NCBI RefSeq assembly: GCF_006345805.1
Contig: NC_043005.1
Location: forward strand, 106,268,001-106,332,000
Origin: Octopus sinensis
Lineage: Eukaryota
DNA: 64,000 nt
Direction: 5' to 3'
The notes below the pieces were generated by a model. That model was given only the letters and a program-made list of their open reading frames with translations, ran no database searches and was not told the origin of the DNA. The translations under genes were made by a program, and so were the position numbers. Each line of letters opens with the position of its first letter. Position 1 is the first letter of the stretch. This document shows positions 26,306 through 40,041 of this stretch, piece by piece.

Positions 26306-26636
26306 AGATACAAATAAAGAAATAATTTTATTCTCAAATGTAGGATAATGTTAATAATATAGCCTGAACACGATAAGCTATCTTTATTTTGCAGAAATAT
26401 CTTTTGGCGGCCAACCATGAGACTTGAACACACATCCTTGTGATTACACGTTAAGTCCTCGGGCAGTTTAGCTTAATGGTGAAGCACTTGATGCGTAATC
26501 ACAGGGATGTGAGTTTGTGTCTCATGGCTGGCTGCAGACAAATTTTTCTGCAAAATATGGATAGTTTATTCTGTTCATGCTACGTTATTAGCATTATCCT
26601 ACGTCTGAGAATAAAATCATTTCCTTATCTGTATCT
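26306..26636. repeat. ~155-bp-arm inverted repeat of a tRNA-headed element
   Basis: 26306-26460 is the diverged reverse complement of 26480-26636; tRNA-like head begins at 26461. Confidence 0.9.
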
Positions 26637-27213
26637 AAAATCTCTATCATTGTGTTGTGAAGATTTCATTATTACTCATTTTTTTTTCCTTTTGATGGCA
26701 CTCAATACAGTCCTCTTGGTTTCACCGACAACAGAATGGGCATTAAATGAAAAAGAAGCTTTATAATCCATTATTAACTGGGTTTTTTTTTTACCATTTG
26801 ACTGCAATTTATAAAATAATTTCCCTTCATGCATTGTTACATTAACAACAACTATAACAGTATAATGGCAGCCAGAACTAAAAGAATGCTTCATAACAAA
26901 TCAAAATGGAAACCTGGGAACACAAGGGGAGGAATGTGACCTGAAAACTACAGGTGGGGACATTGCCGCTGGAATTTCAGTCTTGACCATATGAGTTGTA
27001 ATGAGAATTTATGGAGTTTGCTCTTCCAAACAAACTAGTGGGAACTCATAAATATAAAAATAAACCTTAATAAAATGGTAAAATTAGATCAGGTCTGTGT
27101 TTCAATTTTCTCTCTCTTCCTGTATGTATGTATATATGTGTGTGTATGTATGTATGGATGCATGTATACATACATACACATGCATGCACACACACTCACA
27201 CACACCTATATAA

Positions 27214-27260
<47 letters not shown>

Positions 27261-27328
27261 TGCTCTCATACCAAAAATGTAAGCATGTTTCATATATACA
27301 TATAAATAGAGAGAGAGAGGTAGATAGA

Positions 27329-27359
<31 letters not shown>

Positions 27360-28411
27360 GAATATATGTCTACATTTATTTATGTATATTTATATAAACA
27401 CGTAAACATTAATACATGAGAATAAATTTATATTTATTTATGTAAATATGTATGTAAACACACCCATAAACACATGCACACACACACATGCACTCACATA
27501 TGTAGATAAGCATATGTTTATAGACATATATTGTGTGTGTATATATATATACACACACACACACACATATGTCATATGTATATATATATATTGTTTATAT
27601 ATATGTAATATATATATATATATATATATATTGTTTATGTACAGATATTGTTTATATATATATATACACACACACACACATATATGTCATATGTATATAT
27701 ATATATTGTTTATATATATGTAATATATATATATACATATATATATATTGTTTATGTATAAATATTGTTTATACACACACGTACTCACACGTACACATAT
27801 CAATGTATAGCAATATGTCTTATTAAGAAAATTCAATATTTGGTGTAGCCAGAACACACATAAATCCCTGACTCTGTCATGCTAAATCCCTTAGTTTTCC
27901 ATGGTAAATCAAAACTATCTTTTCCCAAGATTATGTTGTTTACAACAGTTTGACTATCATACAATTAGTTTCAAATATTTATTGGGAAAAGTTTATAGAG
28001 TTGATGGAACCTATGATATACAGTAGTTGATGGAAATAAATTATCTACGTTGATATGCACACACACACACACATACACACTCACACACACATATGTGCAC
28101 GCACGCACACACGCACACACACACACACACAGATATAGTATAATCGTTGCCATGGCTAAAGAGTTTACATACAAATAAATACCTGTAATGAACCGCATCT
28201 ATATATATGTATACACACGTATGTAGAAGTCTATGTGTATGACAATACCCACCTCTTCCTCCTCCTGTATATCTCATCTTCCTCCTCCCCCTCCTCCTCC
28301 TCCTCATCATCATTATCAGCATCAGCAGCAATATCAACATAATCAATTTCCATGATGGCTTAAGTTGGGTAATATATAATGTGTGTAAATGTTGTATATA
28401 GATACATACAT

Positions 28412-28452
<41 letters not shown>

Positions 28453-28464
28453 ATTCAGTTATGG

Positions 28465-28775
28465 TCCTGTGGTTAAGAAGTTTGCTTTGCAGTCACATGG
28501 TTTTGGGTTCAGTCCCAAGATACTATGCAGTGCATGGCTTCTTGGCAGATGTCTTTTATGACAGCCTCTGGTTGCCATGTGCCTTGCGAAGGAAATTTCA
28601 ATGACCAATACTGTATGGATGGTTGTCTTATTTATATATATATGTTTGTGTGTGCATGTGCCTATCTCTCAACATATTTGTCTTTGTTTATGTTCCTTAA
28701 ATAACAGTCGACAAATAAAGATTGATATATTTACCAGACTTTAAAATATTGGCCATGGCCCAAAAACTGAAACCA
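28465..28775 (+). mobile_element. SINE family A, highly diverged
   Basis: 'tgtggttaagaagtttgctt...cacatggttttgggttcagtccca'. Confidence 0.6.
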
Positions 28776-28796
28776 GTGAAGGAATAATATAATATA

Positions 28797-28832
<36 letters not shown>

Positions 28833-29167
28833 ATACACACACATACACATACACTCTTATATTTTCCAATTCACCTCCAGATTTCATTCTACCTCTGACC
28901 AGCCATATAAAATACATCACATATTTTCTGTTTCTCTTGTTACTCCTCAAATTATTTTTATTGTTTGATAAAGAGTATCACTGTTTTGTCCCTTGTTACG
29001 TCTATCGTCGTTGTACACATTTTTGATTGTTATTTTTTTCCCTTTATATTCCTACCCTTTTTCAGTCACATGTTCTTACTTCATTGATTCAGTCTATTAT
29101 TTATTGGTTTGTCGCCTCTTTGCCTTATAAACTTATATTACGTTTGTGATTCATATTTCTAAATACG

Positions 29168-29420
29168 TACACATACATATGCATATACATTTATACATCC
29201 TCAGAGACATATTTATATATATATATATATATATAAATACACATACATATGCATATACATTTATACATCCTCAGAGACATATTCATATATATGTATATAT
29301 ATAAATACACATACATATGCATATACATTTATACATTCTCAGAGACATATTTATATATATGTATATATATATAAATACACATACATATGCAAGCATACAT
29401 GTATATATATAAATATATAA
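29168..29420. repeat. Tandem repeat, ~65-70-bp unit x3
   Basis: 'catatgcatatacatttatacat(c/t)ctcagagacatatt' repeated. Confidence 0.85.
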
Positions 29421-30170
29421 TCCCTGAATAGAGTCCATGTTGCAAATAAGATTCCATGTTGGAACTAGAGACAAGACTCAAGAACCCTGGATAAATGAGT
29501 TGCCTTCTAAAGCCTAAAGCAAATATGGATGTTTCTTCAATTAAGATTGATGGTTTCACATATGTTTCCTTGGTTACAAGTGGACAGCCAACATGCACAC
29601 ACACACACACACACATACACACACACACACACACACAAACACACACTCACTCACACACACATGAAGAGCTATGCAGCAATATCCATGTATTATGTCAAAA
29701 TAAAATAATACCAAGCAAAGTTTCACATGCATTACAAACTTTTGGACTAACAGAATAGGAATTCCATGTATTTTGAAACAAGTGTGAATAACTGCAAAAT
29801 TTTGTTGTTCAATCTAAAGTCTGTGTAATAACAAAATCCTTGGTTTTGCCGTGTAGTGCTGTGGGGAAGAAATTATTAGAATTTCTAGCTTTTGAGTTGC
29901 CAATGGAAAGTCGATCTTATAAAAAGATACAATCCATCAGTTTCATTCTTACAACTTTTAATGATTTCTCTCGAGATTTATCGGTGGTCATGGTAAAGCT
30001 GAATCTAAAAGGAAATTGAAGCCTTTTTAATTGAAATGGTAAGTGTGTTGGCTCTAGAAATATATCCGAAATGAAGCAATTGTATCCAGGAATATAATAT
30101 AGCTATTTCAACAAGAGTGCATTTTGCAGCAAAAAGCCAATATGAGAGTTTCTCTCATGGTAACTACCGC

Positions 30171-30469
30171 CAGTTGCAAACTGGGTCTAAAAAATATTGG
30201 TTGCCAGGAGACTAAGAGGGCCCACCCACAGTTACAATGCTAAAATTTAATCTTTTTTTTTTTGTTTTGTTAAAAGTATTATTTGCAACTGTCAACAATC
30301 ATTGCCAGGCTGAAATAATTAATGTATTCTTTCAGGAGTGAATAAAAAATCCTTAAACTCGAGGGGAAGGGCCCATTAGATACTAACATGGGCCCCCATA
30401 CATTGATTCTAATGGCGCAGGAGCCCACTTTCCATCAGGCAACCTGGCAACCTGGCCAGTCCACCACTG
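30171..30469. mobile_element. hAT-like MITE, diverged
   Basis: Termini cagttgcaaactgg / ccagtccaccactg; 8-bp flanks actaccgc / actatggc (6/8). Confidence 0.55.
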
Positions 30470-31342
30470 ACTATGGCTGTATAGTTTGTTCTCTTAGATC
30501 ATCCATGGTTATGTAGAAATATTACCTCTCTGTGTTAATACTGCATCCATTGCATATAATATATATGAGGATAAGCTCAGAGTGGTGTGGCGTGGTGTGG
30601 TATCAAGTAGAGAAATTGCAAGCGAATAAAAAAAAGAGTAAGTTTGAATAAGAGCAAGTAGGGGACCAAAGGGGTGGGTGGGCAGAAAAGAGACGATGAG
30701 AGAGGAGAAAATGAATATGCAGCAAGAGAACCAAATAGGAATAAAAAAACAGTGGGGACAATAAAGACAAAGAAAGTGATAGAAAGAGTGTGTGAGAGAG
30801 GGTGAGAGGGAGAGAGATAGAGAAGGAATAGAAAGGGAGAGAGTAAGAGAGGGTGAGAGGGAGAGAGAAGGAATGAGGAAGAGAGAGAGTAAGAGAGAGA
30901 TGGAATGAATGAGGGGGAAAAAAGGTTACAGTGAAAAGGAAGGACACCAGTAGATGGGCAAAAATGTCAGATAATAACATGGCTTGACACAAAACACAAA
31001 TTTTCCCATTACTCATGCTTTTGTCTTTATTGCCAACATTCTTTCCGTTTAACGATCTAACTTACTGAAGAAGAGCTGAAGTTCAAAATGTCGAAAACAC
31101 TTCTACTTTCTTAATCACTCATTGAGCATCATAACAATAATTACACTATTTTTAATCATCTTTTTTTTGTTGCTGATATCATTTTGAACTTATGGACATG
31201 TGTATATGCTTGTATATGTATGTGTGTGTACGTGTGTGTGTATATATATATTAAATATATATATATGTGTATCATATATATATATATATATATATACATA
31301 CACACACACCTATATACACACACATATATACATACATACGTA

Positions 31343-31408
<66 letters not shown>

Positions 31409-32106
31409 ATATATATATGTGTATCCATATATATATATATATATATATATATATTACATTATATAATTAGGGCTTAGTAAAATAAATTACTTTGCCACAT
31501 ACTGAACTTATTAGAAATAATATATATATATATATATATATAACGACAAGGGATAAATAATGGTCATTCCACATTTCTTTAGTAAGTTTGGCATGCAGTT
31601 GTTTCCAGTAGTCATTATTGGTTCGTCATTGATAGATTTATTCAATCAGCCTATTGATCGGTTGAGAAAAGTTGAGCAACTTAGAAAATTAATGCAATTT
31701 TCATCAGTCCTTTCTGGTTATAACCAAGCAGAATACAGAAAGAATGGGATAAACATGGGAAAGGGAGTGAACATAGGTAATAAGTATAAGTATATGGAAA
31801 GTGGAGAAGAAATAAAGAAGAGAAGGAAAGAAAGGAAATGAAGAAGGGATAGTAATAATAGAGGAGGTGAGGCATGTGATAGAAGAAGGGTTGGAAGATG
31901 GCCGAAATTTAGGAAGGGACAGTCATAAAACATTAGGGTTTGTATGTGGGTCATCACGGAAAAACATTTGCATTGTCTTGTATTGTTGTGAAATTTGATA
32001 CAGGCTGCTTACTCTCATGGTCAATTTAAATCTTTAATATTTGGTCATTTGCACTTTGTGGATTGTATTAGAAAACATGAATGAAAAATCTGCAGTAATT
32101 ATGTTA

Positions 32107-33375
32107 CGAGGGGCGTTCAATAAGTAATGCCCCTGACCCACTTCCCATAGCAGTAGAGCAACGACACTTGGCACAGTTATTAGTCTTTTCCTACATAGGA
32201 ACTACCCAGAGTTATGCATTTCTCCCATCGTTTGATACAGCTCTGGAGACTGTTTTTGTAGAAGACCCCAGCTTGGTCTTCCAACCATGACGTAACTTCA
32301 GAAATCAAGGCTGCATCATCTGGGAAACGCTTTCCTTTCAAAATCAACTTCATGGCTGGGAAGAGGTGAAAATCAGAGGGTGCAAGGGGAGGAGTTCATA
32401 GCTGCACGCCTGTGCTTCTGATCTGGCGACACGCGAGTTGTGGACCAGAGCATTGTCCTGCAGGAGGAGGATGCCTTTGCTGATCTTGCCCCGCCTCTTG
32501 ATTTTGATAGCTTCTCTTAATTTCCTCAAAAGTGAAGCATAATAGGCTCCTGTAATTGTGGTACCCTTTGCCAGGAAATCTGTCATCACTACTCCGTCCT
32601 GGTCCCAGAAGACTGTGAGCATAACCTTGTCAGCGGAGGGCTGCACCCTTGCCTTCTTTGAAGGAGGTGAGTCACGGTGCTTTCACTGCATTGACTGGGC
32701 TTTGGTCTATGGATCATAGTGATGGACTCAGGTTTTATCCTGTGTAATCAGTCTTTTGAAAAATTTTGACTCATCTTCTTGTCACATCTCCAAATTCATC
32801 CTCGAGCACTCAACGCATTCTTGCTTCTGGAAAGGTGTGAGCAACCTGGAAATTCATCTGGCAGACACCTTTTGCATATGCAAATGGTCATGAATGATAG
32901 TTTCCACAGACCCGGTACTAATCTTGACCTTATGGGCTATTTGGCGAATAGTTATGCATTGACCTTCCAAAATGGCAGCCTCAACTTGACGGACAGACGT
33001 CTCATCAACGGCAGAAGGGGGCAACCAGATCTGGGAGCTGTTTCCACAGAGTTCCGACTATGTTTGAATTCACAATGCCAGCGTTTTACAAGGTCATATG
33101 ATGGGGCATCATCATCATAAGTTACTTTCATTTCATCAAAAGTCTCCCGTGGTGTGCGTCTTTTCAAATACAAAACCAGATCACTGCTCGACACTCAACA
33201 GGCTCCATTTCACACTTGACTCAGTTCAAACACCTGTAAATCAGAAACCACAATTAGATCAGAGCTGTAATTCGCCACTTAATCTATAGAGGTATAAATA
33301 AGTGCACATGCAAAATTTCAGCTAGATCAAACAAATGCAAGTGGGTCGGGGGCATTACTTATTGAACGCCCCTCG
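32107..33375 (-). mobile_element. Full-length mariner transposon (1269 bp), transposase pseudogenised
   Basis: 37-bp TIRs with 1 mismatch, TA flanks; HTH YDLVKRWHCEFK..APRSG; KVMLTVFWDQDGVV..YYASLLRKLREAIKIKRRG..LLLQDNA; LAPSDFHLFP; KRWEKCITL; frameshifts. Confidence 0.95.
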
Positions 33376-33601
33376 TATGATGGGAAGGTAGAGACAGCTT
33401 TGATAAGAGTGGATATTAAATAGAGATGGGGGGGTATGTGAGGTGAAGTTATTTTAAAAATCAAATAAAATTGGAAGCCAAATATAATTGAAAATTAATT
33501 TAAAAGAATTTTTAAATGATTAAAAAATTAAAATAATTAAGGATTGAGGATTAAAGCAAAATTTAAAAACTAAGATAAAATTTTATGAAATTTAAAAAAA
33601 T

Positions 33602-33676
<75 letters not shown>

Positions 33677-34520
33677 TTTAAAGTTAACTAATTTTGGATT
33701 ATCTTGAAAATGTATTTTCAGAACCATTAATCTGGATGGTATTATCTTGTTGATGCAACAAAACTGATCATCAGGTTTGTTTAATGAATAAAAAGATTAA
33801 AGATGTGATTTTCTCAAACTGAAATTTTGTTTATATAATTATATATATAAACACACATAAACACATATATATATAAAGCAGCTGATTTGATTTGAGAACC
33901 ACTTGGCAACTATTTTTAAAGAAGTCCCTCCCTTTGGTTCATTTTTATTATTTGTGTGTTTGTATGGTATGCATTATGCACTTTAGAAAGTAGGGTATAA
34001 TTTTAGGGAGATTTATTTGCTGTTTCTATCAGGTTTAGCTACAGTGTAGCAAGACAAGTAATTGTATGAATTCAGACAAAATGTTTTGACTGGAATAATT
34101 AATAATTTGTTCAAGACTAAGAGCCTTGTTTGTGTGGTTACCAAATAGGAAATCAAAATAATTTTAAAACTGAAATAAATAAAATTGCTTATCAATATAT
34201 TCAGAGAAATAGCTTAGAAACTATATTATCATGTATATTGAAAAATATACATGATTATATATATATATATATATTTGATATATACATATATACATACATA
34301 CATATTACAATGAAAAATATGCAGGTGCATACATGTTAATATTCTTAAGTTATTATATCCAGAAAAGTACAGAACAAGATATCTCCAGTAGAATTTGTCT
34401 AATTCGTCACCTCTAAAATGTACTTAAAATTAAAATTCTACTGTACTTAAAATATTGCAGCCAAGAATAACATTTTAAAAATTTACTATATTTTATTAAA
34501 ACAAAAATTATAAAAACATT

Positions 34521-34692
34521 ACTGGATTTTTACAAAAATAAGCCCATCCAGTTTGGAGTCTATGGGCTTATATTCAGAAAGTCTTTTCATGTATAGCCCG
34601 AGTAATTTTTATTATTTTCAGAAAAAAATTATCTAAGTAAAATTATTTAAGTCTGTATTTAAGCCCATGGGCTTATTTTTGGGAAAAGCAGT
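34521..34692. mobile_element. Small MITE
   Basis: Inverted termini 'actg...aaaataagcccat'/'atgggcttatttt...cagt'. Confidence 0.5.
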
Positions 34693-34734
34693 TTGTTAGA
34701 AATGAAATAAAATAGAATAAATTTTTAATAAATA

Positions 34735-34835
34735 CAGTAGAATTTGCCTAATTTGTCATCCCTGAGAGAAAATTGAAAGTGATGAATTAGGTGAAGTAAT
34801 GAATTAGCCAAAGACGAATTAGGCTAATTATACTG
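34735..34835. mobile_element. 101-bp TA-flanked MITE (pogo/Tc1-like)
   Basis: TA-cagtagaatttgcctaatttgtc ... gacgaattaggctaattatactg-TA; solo terminus at 34387. Confidence 0.7.
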
Positions 34836-36443
34836 TAATAGATTTTTTAATGATTTGTCAGATTAAATTTCCTTTTTTTTTAATGAGGAAGAATTGACAA
34901 AGCATGTGGTTGATTTGAAACCATTTAATGACCATTCTCTGGCAATCAACAATATTTTTTTTTGTAATGGGATTTCAATTCAAGCAAAAAAAAAAATGTT
35001 GAGCAATTTTAGTTACAACTTCATATATTATTGTTTGTAGTCAATACAACTAAATAAAATGACTATTTTAATTGTATAGTTCAAAAGACATGATTTTAAA
35101 AAAGTTTTAAAAAATTTATCTTTGATTATTTTTGTACCATGTTTTTTAAGATTTACTTGTTTTTTAGATTCTCATAATAAATAAAATATATTATCTCAAA
35201 TTTATCTAATGTAATGTATTTTAATTTCTAAAATGTTATTCTCACCTGTAATATTTTAAGTACAGGCAATACAATAAAACTAATAAAATTCTTTTGTTAA
35301 GAAATATTTGAATTATTTTTCATTGTTGATGATTGAATTGAAATAAGAATTTTATGCTATGTTTCTTTAATTTTCACATATTTTTTCTTAAAATCTAAAA
35401 AAATAGGGAAAAGTTACCTGGACAGGGTTTTGTTGCACTAGCTAATATAAAATTGATTTTAAAAATGCAAAAATAGCCAATGCATCCAACAAAAGGCACG
35501 AGGGGCCACCTGCCTTTTTGCTTTTTTTGAACAGCATTACTAGAAATGTTCAGGGCTGCGCATTGAAAGAAAAAACATGCAAGTGATATTTAGTATAAAT
35601 AAATGAGTGCTTGTTTAGTGTTGATTAAATAAAACCTGCCTGTATATTTATTTCCTTAAAATTAATAATTTTTTAGGATAATGAGAAATGTAATTATAAT
35701 TGTAAAAAACATTAGAGCCTATATCTTCACTGTATATAAAAATTTCTATATTGAAACAAATTGCATAAAATGAATGTGCCAAAAAAAGTGCGGAAATTCA
35801 GTATGAAAAATAATTTTGTATATAATAGTGAATATTAATGTAATACTAATTTTATTATAAAATCAACAAATAAATGAGCTATATCTATAAATAGTAAGAA
35901 GAGCTAGTAAGAAAAGGTATGAGAATATATCAGTTATATAGTAAGAAGAGATGAATAATTTTCAGATAATATGATTGGATTTTCAAAGTTGATTTCGGAT
36001 GTGAATCTCCTTTTTCTCACCGGTTTTTACCTTGGAGCTTTTTCTACTGAATATTTTTGTCTATAACTAACATGGATAGATTCCTGTCGTTGAGATCTAT
36101 CATATAAGCTAAAATAAAATATAGATTTCTTTAAAAATATATATTTGGACTCAAAGTCAATTTCAAGTGTTATTCTCCTGTTTGTGACCTCATATTTTTG
36201 ACTCAAACATTTTTCTACTGAACTAATTTTCAAATTGTTTAGCTGGAAATGTAGCTTATGATGTGCCCAATCAAAAAATGTAAACATCATCTAATTTGGC
36301 TAAAAGCTGAGTTAGTGACAAAGTTTAGAACTGGTCACAAGTGAGTAAATGTTGACCTTAATATTATTCACATACTACCATGTGTGAATGATATATATAT
36401 ATATATATACACATGCACAAACACACACACACACACACATATA

Positions 36444-36806
36444 CTAGCAGCTGTACCCAGTGTTGCCTGGGTTAAAGAGAATAATGAAATTTAAAAGCGC
36501 CGTCGGATTACACTGGTCTCAACTTCTAGTAATTGAGATACCAACTTTCCATATCAATAACTCTCCAAACTATGCCAGCATGGAACATAGACGTTAAGTG
36601 AAATGTTAAAAGTTTTCAACTCATATATGCATAAAAAGTAAATACGCGTAATTTAACAACACTGTACAATATTTACATTATTTACATTCGACGGATATTT
36701 GTCCTCATCTTGTTTGTTGTTAGCACGTTTCAGCTGATATACCCTGCAGCCTTCATCAGGTGTCTTGGGGAACTTTCCTAAGGTATTTTTCGTTGTTATT
36801 AATTAC

Positions 36807-36858
<52 letters not shown>

Positions 36859-37055
36859 TTTATTTTTATTATTATTGTATTGTGTTGTTGTTCCAGAGAT
36901 GGTTTTAGACTCTTAAAATTTGTGATATAATTACTAACAGGCCCTCTGGGGGGCAGAAAATACCCATTCCTGTGTTACTTTCAGAAATTGATTGTCTCCC
37001 TTACATCCATTGGTCAAAAAGTTATCACAATCTCATTTAATATATAAAATAGAGA
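36444..37055 (-). mobile_element. Non-autonomous Helitron-like element with nested inserts
   Basis: Minus strand begins A|TCTCTATTTTATATA and ends with hairpin cccag-gcaaca-ctggg, then CTAG|T. Confidence 0.6.
36665..36800 (-). mobile_element. Penelope-like fragment with decayed hammerhead motif
   Basis: ACAC-CUGAUGA-A-GGCUG-cagggUAUAU-CAGCU-GAAA-CGUG. Confidence 0.55.
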
Positions 37056-37194
37056 TGTATATGTATTCACTTTCCATGTGTATCTCTATCTCTCTATCTA
37101 TGTCTCCCTATCCATCTCTGACTCTATATGGATTGAAAAGAGGAAGTACATGGCTTGTACAGCTCACACTAATCAGCAAATAGCTATGAATAAT

Positions 37195-37546
37195 CCTTTT
37201 TACTGTAGGAACAAGACCTGAAATTTGGGGGAGAAGGATAGTCAGTTACATCGACCCCAGTTCTCAACTGGTACTTATTTCATCGACTCTCAAAGGATGA
37301 AAGTGGTTGGTGTTAGGAAGGGCATCCAGCTGTAGAAACTCTGCCAGATTAGATTGGAGCCTGGTGCAGCCATCTGGTTCGCCATTCCTCAGTCAAATCG
37401 TCCTACCCATGCTAGCATGGAAGGCGGACGTTAAACGATGATGATGATGACGATGATGATGATGACGATGATGATGAATGTAAGGATGGACAAATGCCGC
37501 TAAACATTTTGCCCAGCATGCTAACAATTCTGCCAGCTTGCTGCCT
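37195..37546 (-). mobile_element. SINE family B interrupted by a family C copy (37305-37476, +)
   Basis: B body stops at 'aaaggatgaaag'; B head resumes after the (GAT)n tail of C. Confidence 0.75.
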
Positions 37547-37782
37547 CATATAGCTATAAATAATAGCATGTGTATGTTCGTATTTTTATGTGTCTGTACA
37601 TGTGTATGTATATGCACACACACGCACTCACACATGCACACGCATACACACACACACACATACACACACATGCACATATAAGAACCAAAATGTGAGTTAA
37701 TTGAAATAAAATTCCTTACACACAATTCAATATGAAGAAAAACAAAGAATATAATATATATAATTATTATTATTGAAAATTA

Positions 37783-37985
37783 GGGCAACAAGGCTGGCAG
37801 AATTGGTAGCACATCAGGCAAAGTACTTAGCATCATTTCATTCTTACTTACATTCTGAGTTCAAATTCTGTTGAGGTCAGCTTTGTCTTTTATGTGTTTG
37901 GGGTTAATAAAATGAGTACCTGTTGAGCATTGGGATCTATGTGCACCAAAATTTCAGGTTTTGTGTCTATAGTAGGAAAGATTAT
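37783..37985 (+). mobile_element. SINE family B, diverged
   Basis: 'gctggcagaattggtagc...ctgagttcaaattc...aaatgagtacc'. Confidence 0.7.
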
Positions 37986-38069
37986 TACTGAAAAGTTTTA
38001 ACACTTAAAATTTCACATCCTTGACTGATCAGAGTAATCACAACATATATATATATATAAAGAGAGTGA

Positions 38070-38320
38070 GAGAATTTACAAAAAAAAAAAACAAAAGATA
38101 AAGATGGATGTGTAAACAACAAACAGATGTACTAGTTTAATGCTCGGGAAGTGAGAAAGTCTTTAATGTTTCGAGCCTATGCTCTTCGACAGAAAGGAAC
38201 ACAGAAATAAACAGGGAAAGAAAATAGAAGAAGATCTAGTGGCTACCAATCAATCATGGCGAATGCCGGACAGAGGGGTCACACAGAAGAGTTAGGAAGA
38301 AGGGGAGATAATAAAATAGT
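38070..38320 (-). mobile_element. (TA)n-flanked short repeat carrying a variant hammerhead motif at 38161-38196
   Basis: CUUU-CUGUCGA-A-GAGC-auag-GCUC-GAAA-CAUU-AAAG. Confidence 0.65.
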
Positions 38321-38530
38321 CACACACACATATATATATATTAGTAAATATATATATATGCATTAATAAATATATATATATATATATACATAAGTAAATA
38401 TATATATATTTGTATATAGAGATTCACACATACATATATGTATGTATATATAAATATATATGTGTGTATGTATATATATATATATATATTTATTAATGCA
38501 TATATATATATATAATATATATATATATAT

Positions 38531-38609
<79 letters not shown>

Positions 38610-39960
38610 GTGTGTACATGTGCCTCAGTACATTTCTCGGAAGGGAAGTGCCAGTGTGTCTGTGAACAGTCAGACACAAAATGCCATATTGTCAGTTCAA
38701 AAACTCTCCAGTTCCACTGACTTCTTCCTACCTCTCTCACTCTCTCACTTTCTCTCCCCCACTCTCTCTCTCTCTCTTGCCATCTCCCTATCTCTCTGTA
38801 TCTTTCAATCTCTCTTCCACCTTATCCACTTCCCCTACACATTCTGTCTCCTCTGTTTTCTTTTTGTTTTAATCTCTTAGCGATATTGGTAAATCCTGAA
38901 TATTCATTCATTCATCAGAGTGGTGGTTAGGAAAAAAAAAAAATAAATATATATAAAAATCATTTACATTTTAGATATCAAATAACAGAATTCTGTCCCA
39001 ACCCATATCCACCCCCACCATATATAATAGTAATTTGATACTATTTAGATGTAATCCCTACCCCACCCTCTAATCTCTAACTCCTATGCAATTTTCTTAT
39101 TGTTGCTGTTGAGTTTGTGATTTTTTTTTGTCATAGCATGGCAGGACTGGGGGAGGTGGGTTTGTAAGTGAAAGTTTGACTCCAAGTTATTGTTTTTGAT
39201 GTTCCTGTTGTTGTTGTTGTTGTTGTTTTAGTAGTGATGATGAGGGCTGCGGCAATGTGTGGAGACATTGGAAGTGGACCAGCTATCTTATATTTTTTAT
39301 TGTTTACTGATATTGCTAATAATCGTATTCATATATGTATGTGTGTGTGTGTGCGAGTGTGTATGTATATATATAGATATATAGATGTATACATATATAT
39401 GTGTATGCATATGTGTATATATACATATATATGTACATATATACATATATATATACTTACACACACACACATATATATACTTACATATATATGTATATAT
39501 ATATATATTATATAATATATATATATATATATATACATATATATATGTATGTATATATATGAGTGTGTATGTGTGTTTGAATAATTATATTATAGATACA
39601 CAGATTATACATACACGTTATTATGAATAAATATATTTATATATACTATGTATATGATTATACACAGAAGCACACAGATATATGTTTGTTGCTTTGTCAT
39701 TTTTTTCTGCTCGTGTGTGTGTGTGAATGGTTAGTCAGGGAAGGAAGGGCAACGTCCATGACACTATTTCACAGAGCCTCAGAGACAGGTGGGAGGAAGG
39801 GAGGACATTTTCCTCAGGCCCAAGACCTAGGACCAAATTGTGTTAGTTAGGGCAATGGATTATATCTATCACCCAAAACTTTGAGTGCTGAGAAGCGGAA
39901 GAAATTCTGATAGGCATGCATGTATGTATTTATGTATATATATGTGTGTGTATGTATGTA

Positions 39961-40014
<54 letters not shown>

Positions 40015-40041
40015 CATATATATGTGCGTGTGTGTGTGTGT

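Noticed and set aside
31065-31100. Additional hammerhead-like motif (ctgaagaagagc...gttcaaaa)
   Set aside because: GAAA box and stem I not intact; at most a decayed relic
35418-35441. 24-nt minus-strand microexon (LVQQNPVQ)
   Set aside because: Short enough to arise by chance; joining it to the 36031-36108 candidate creates an immediate stop
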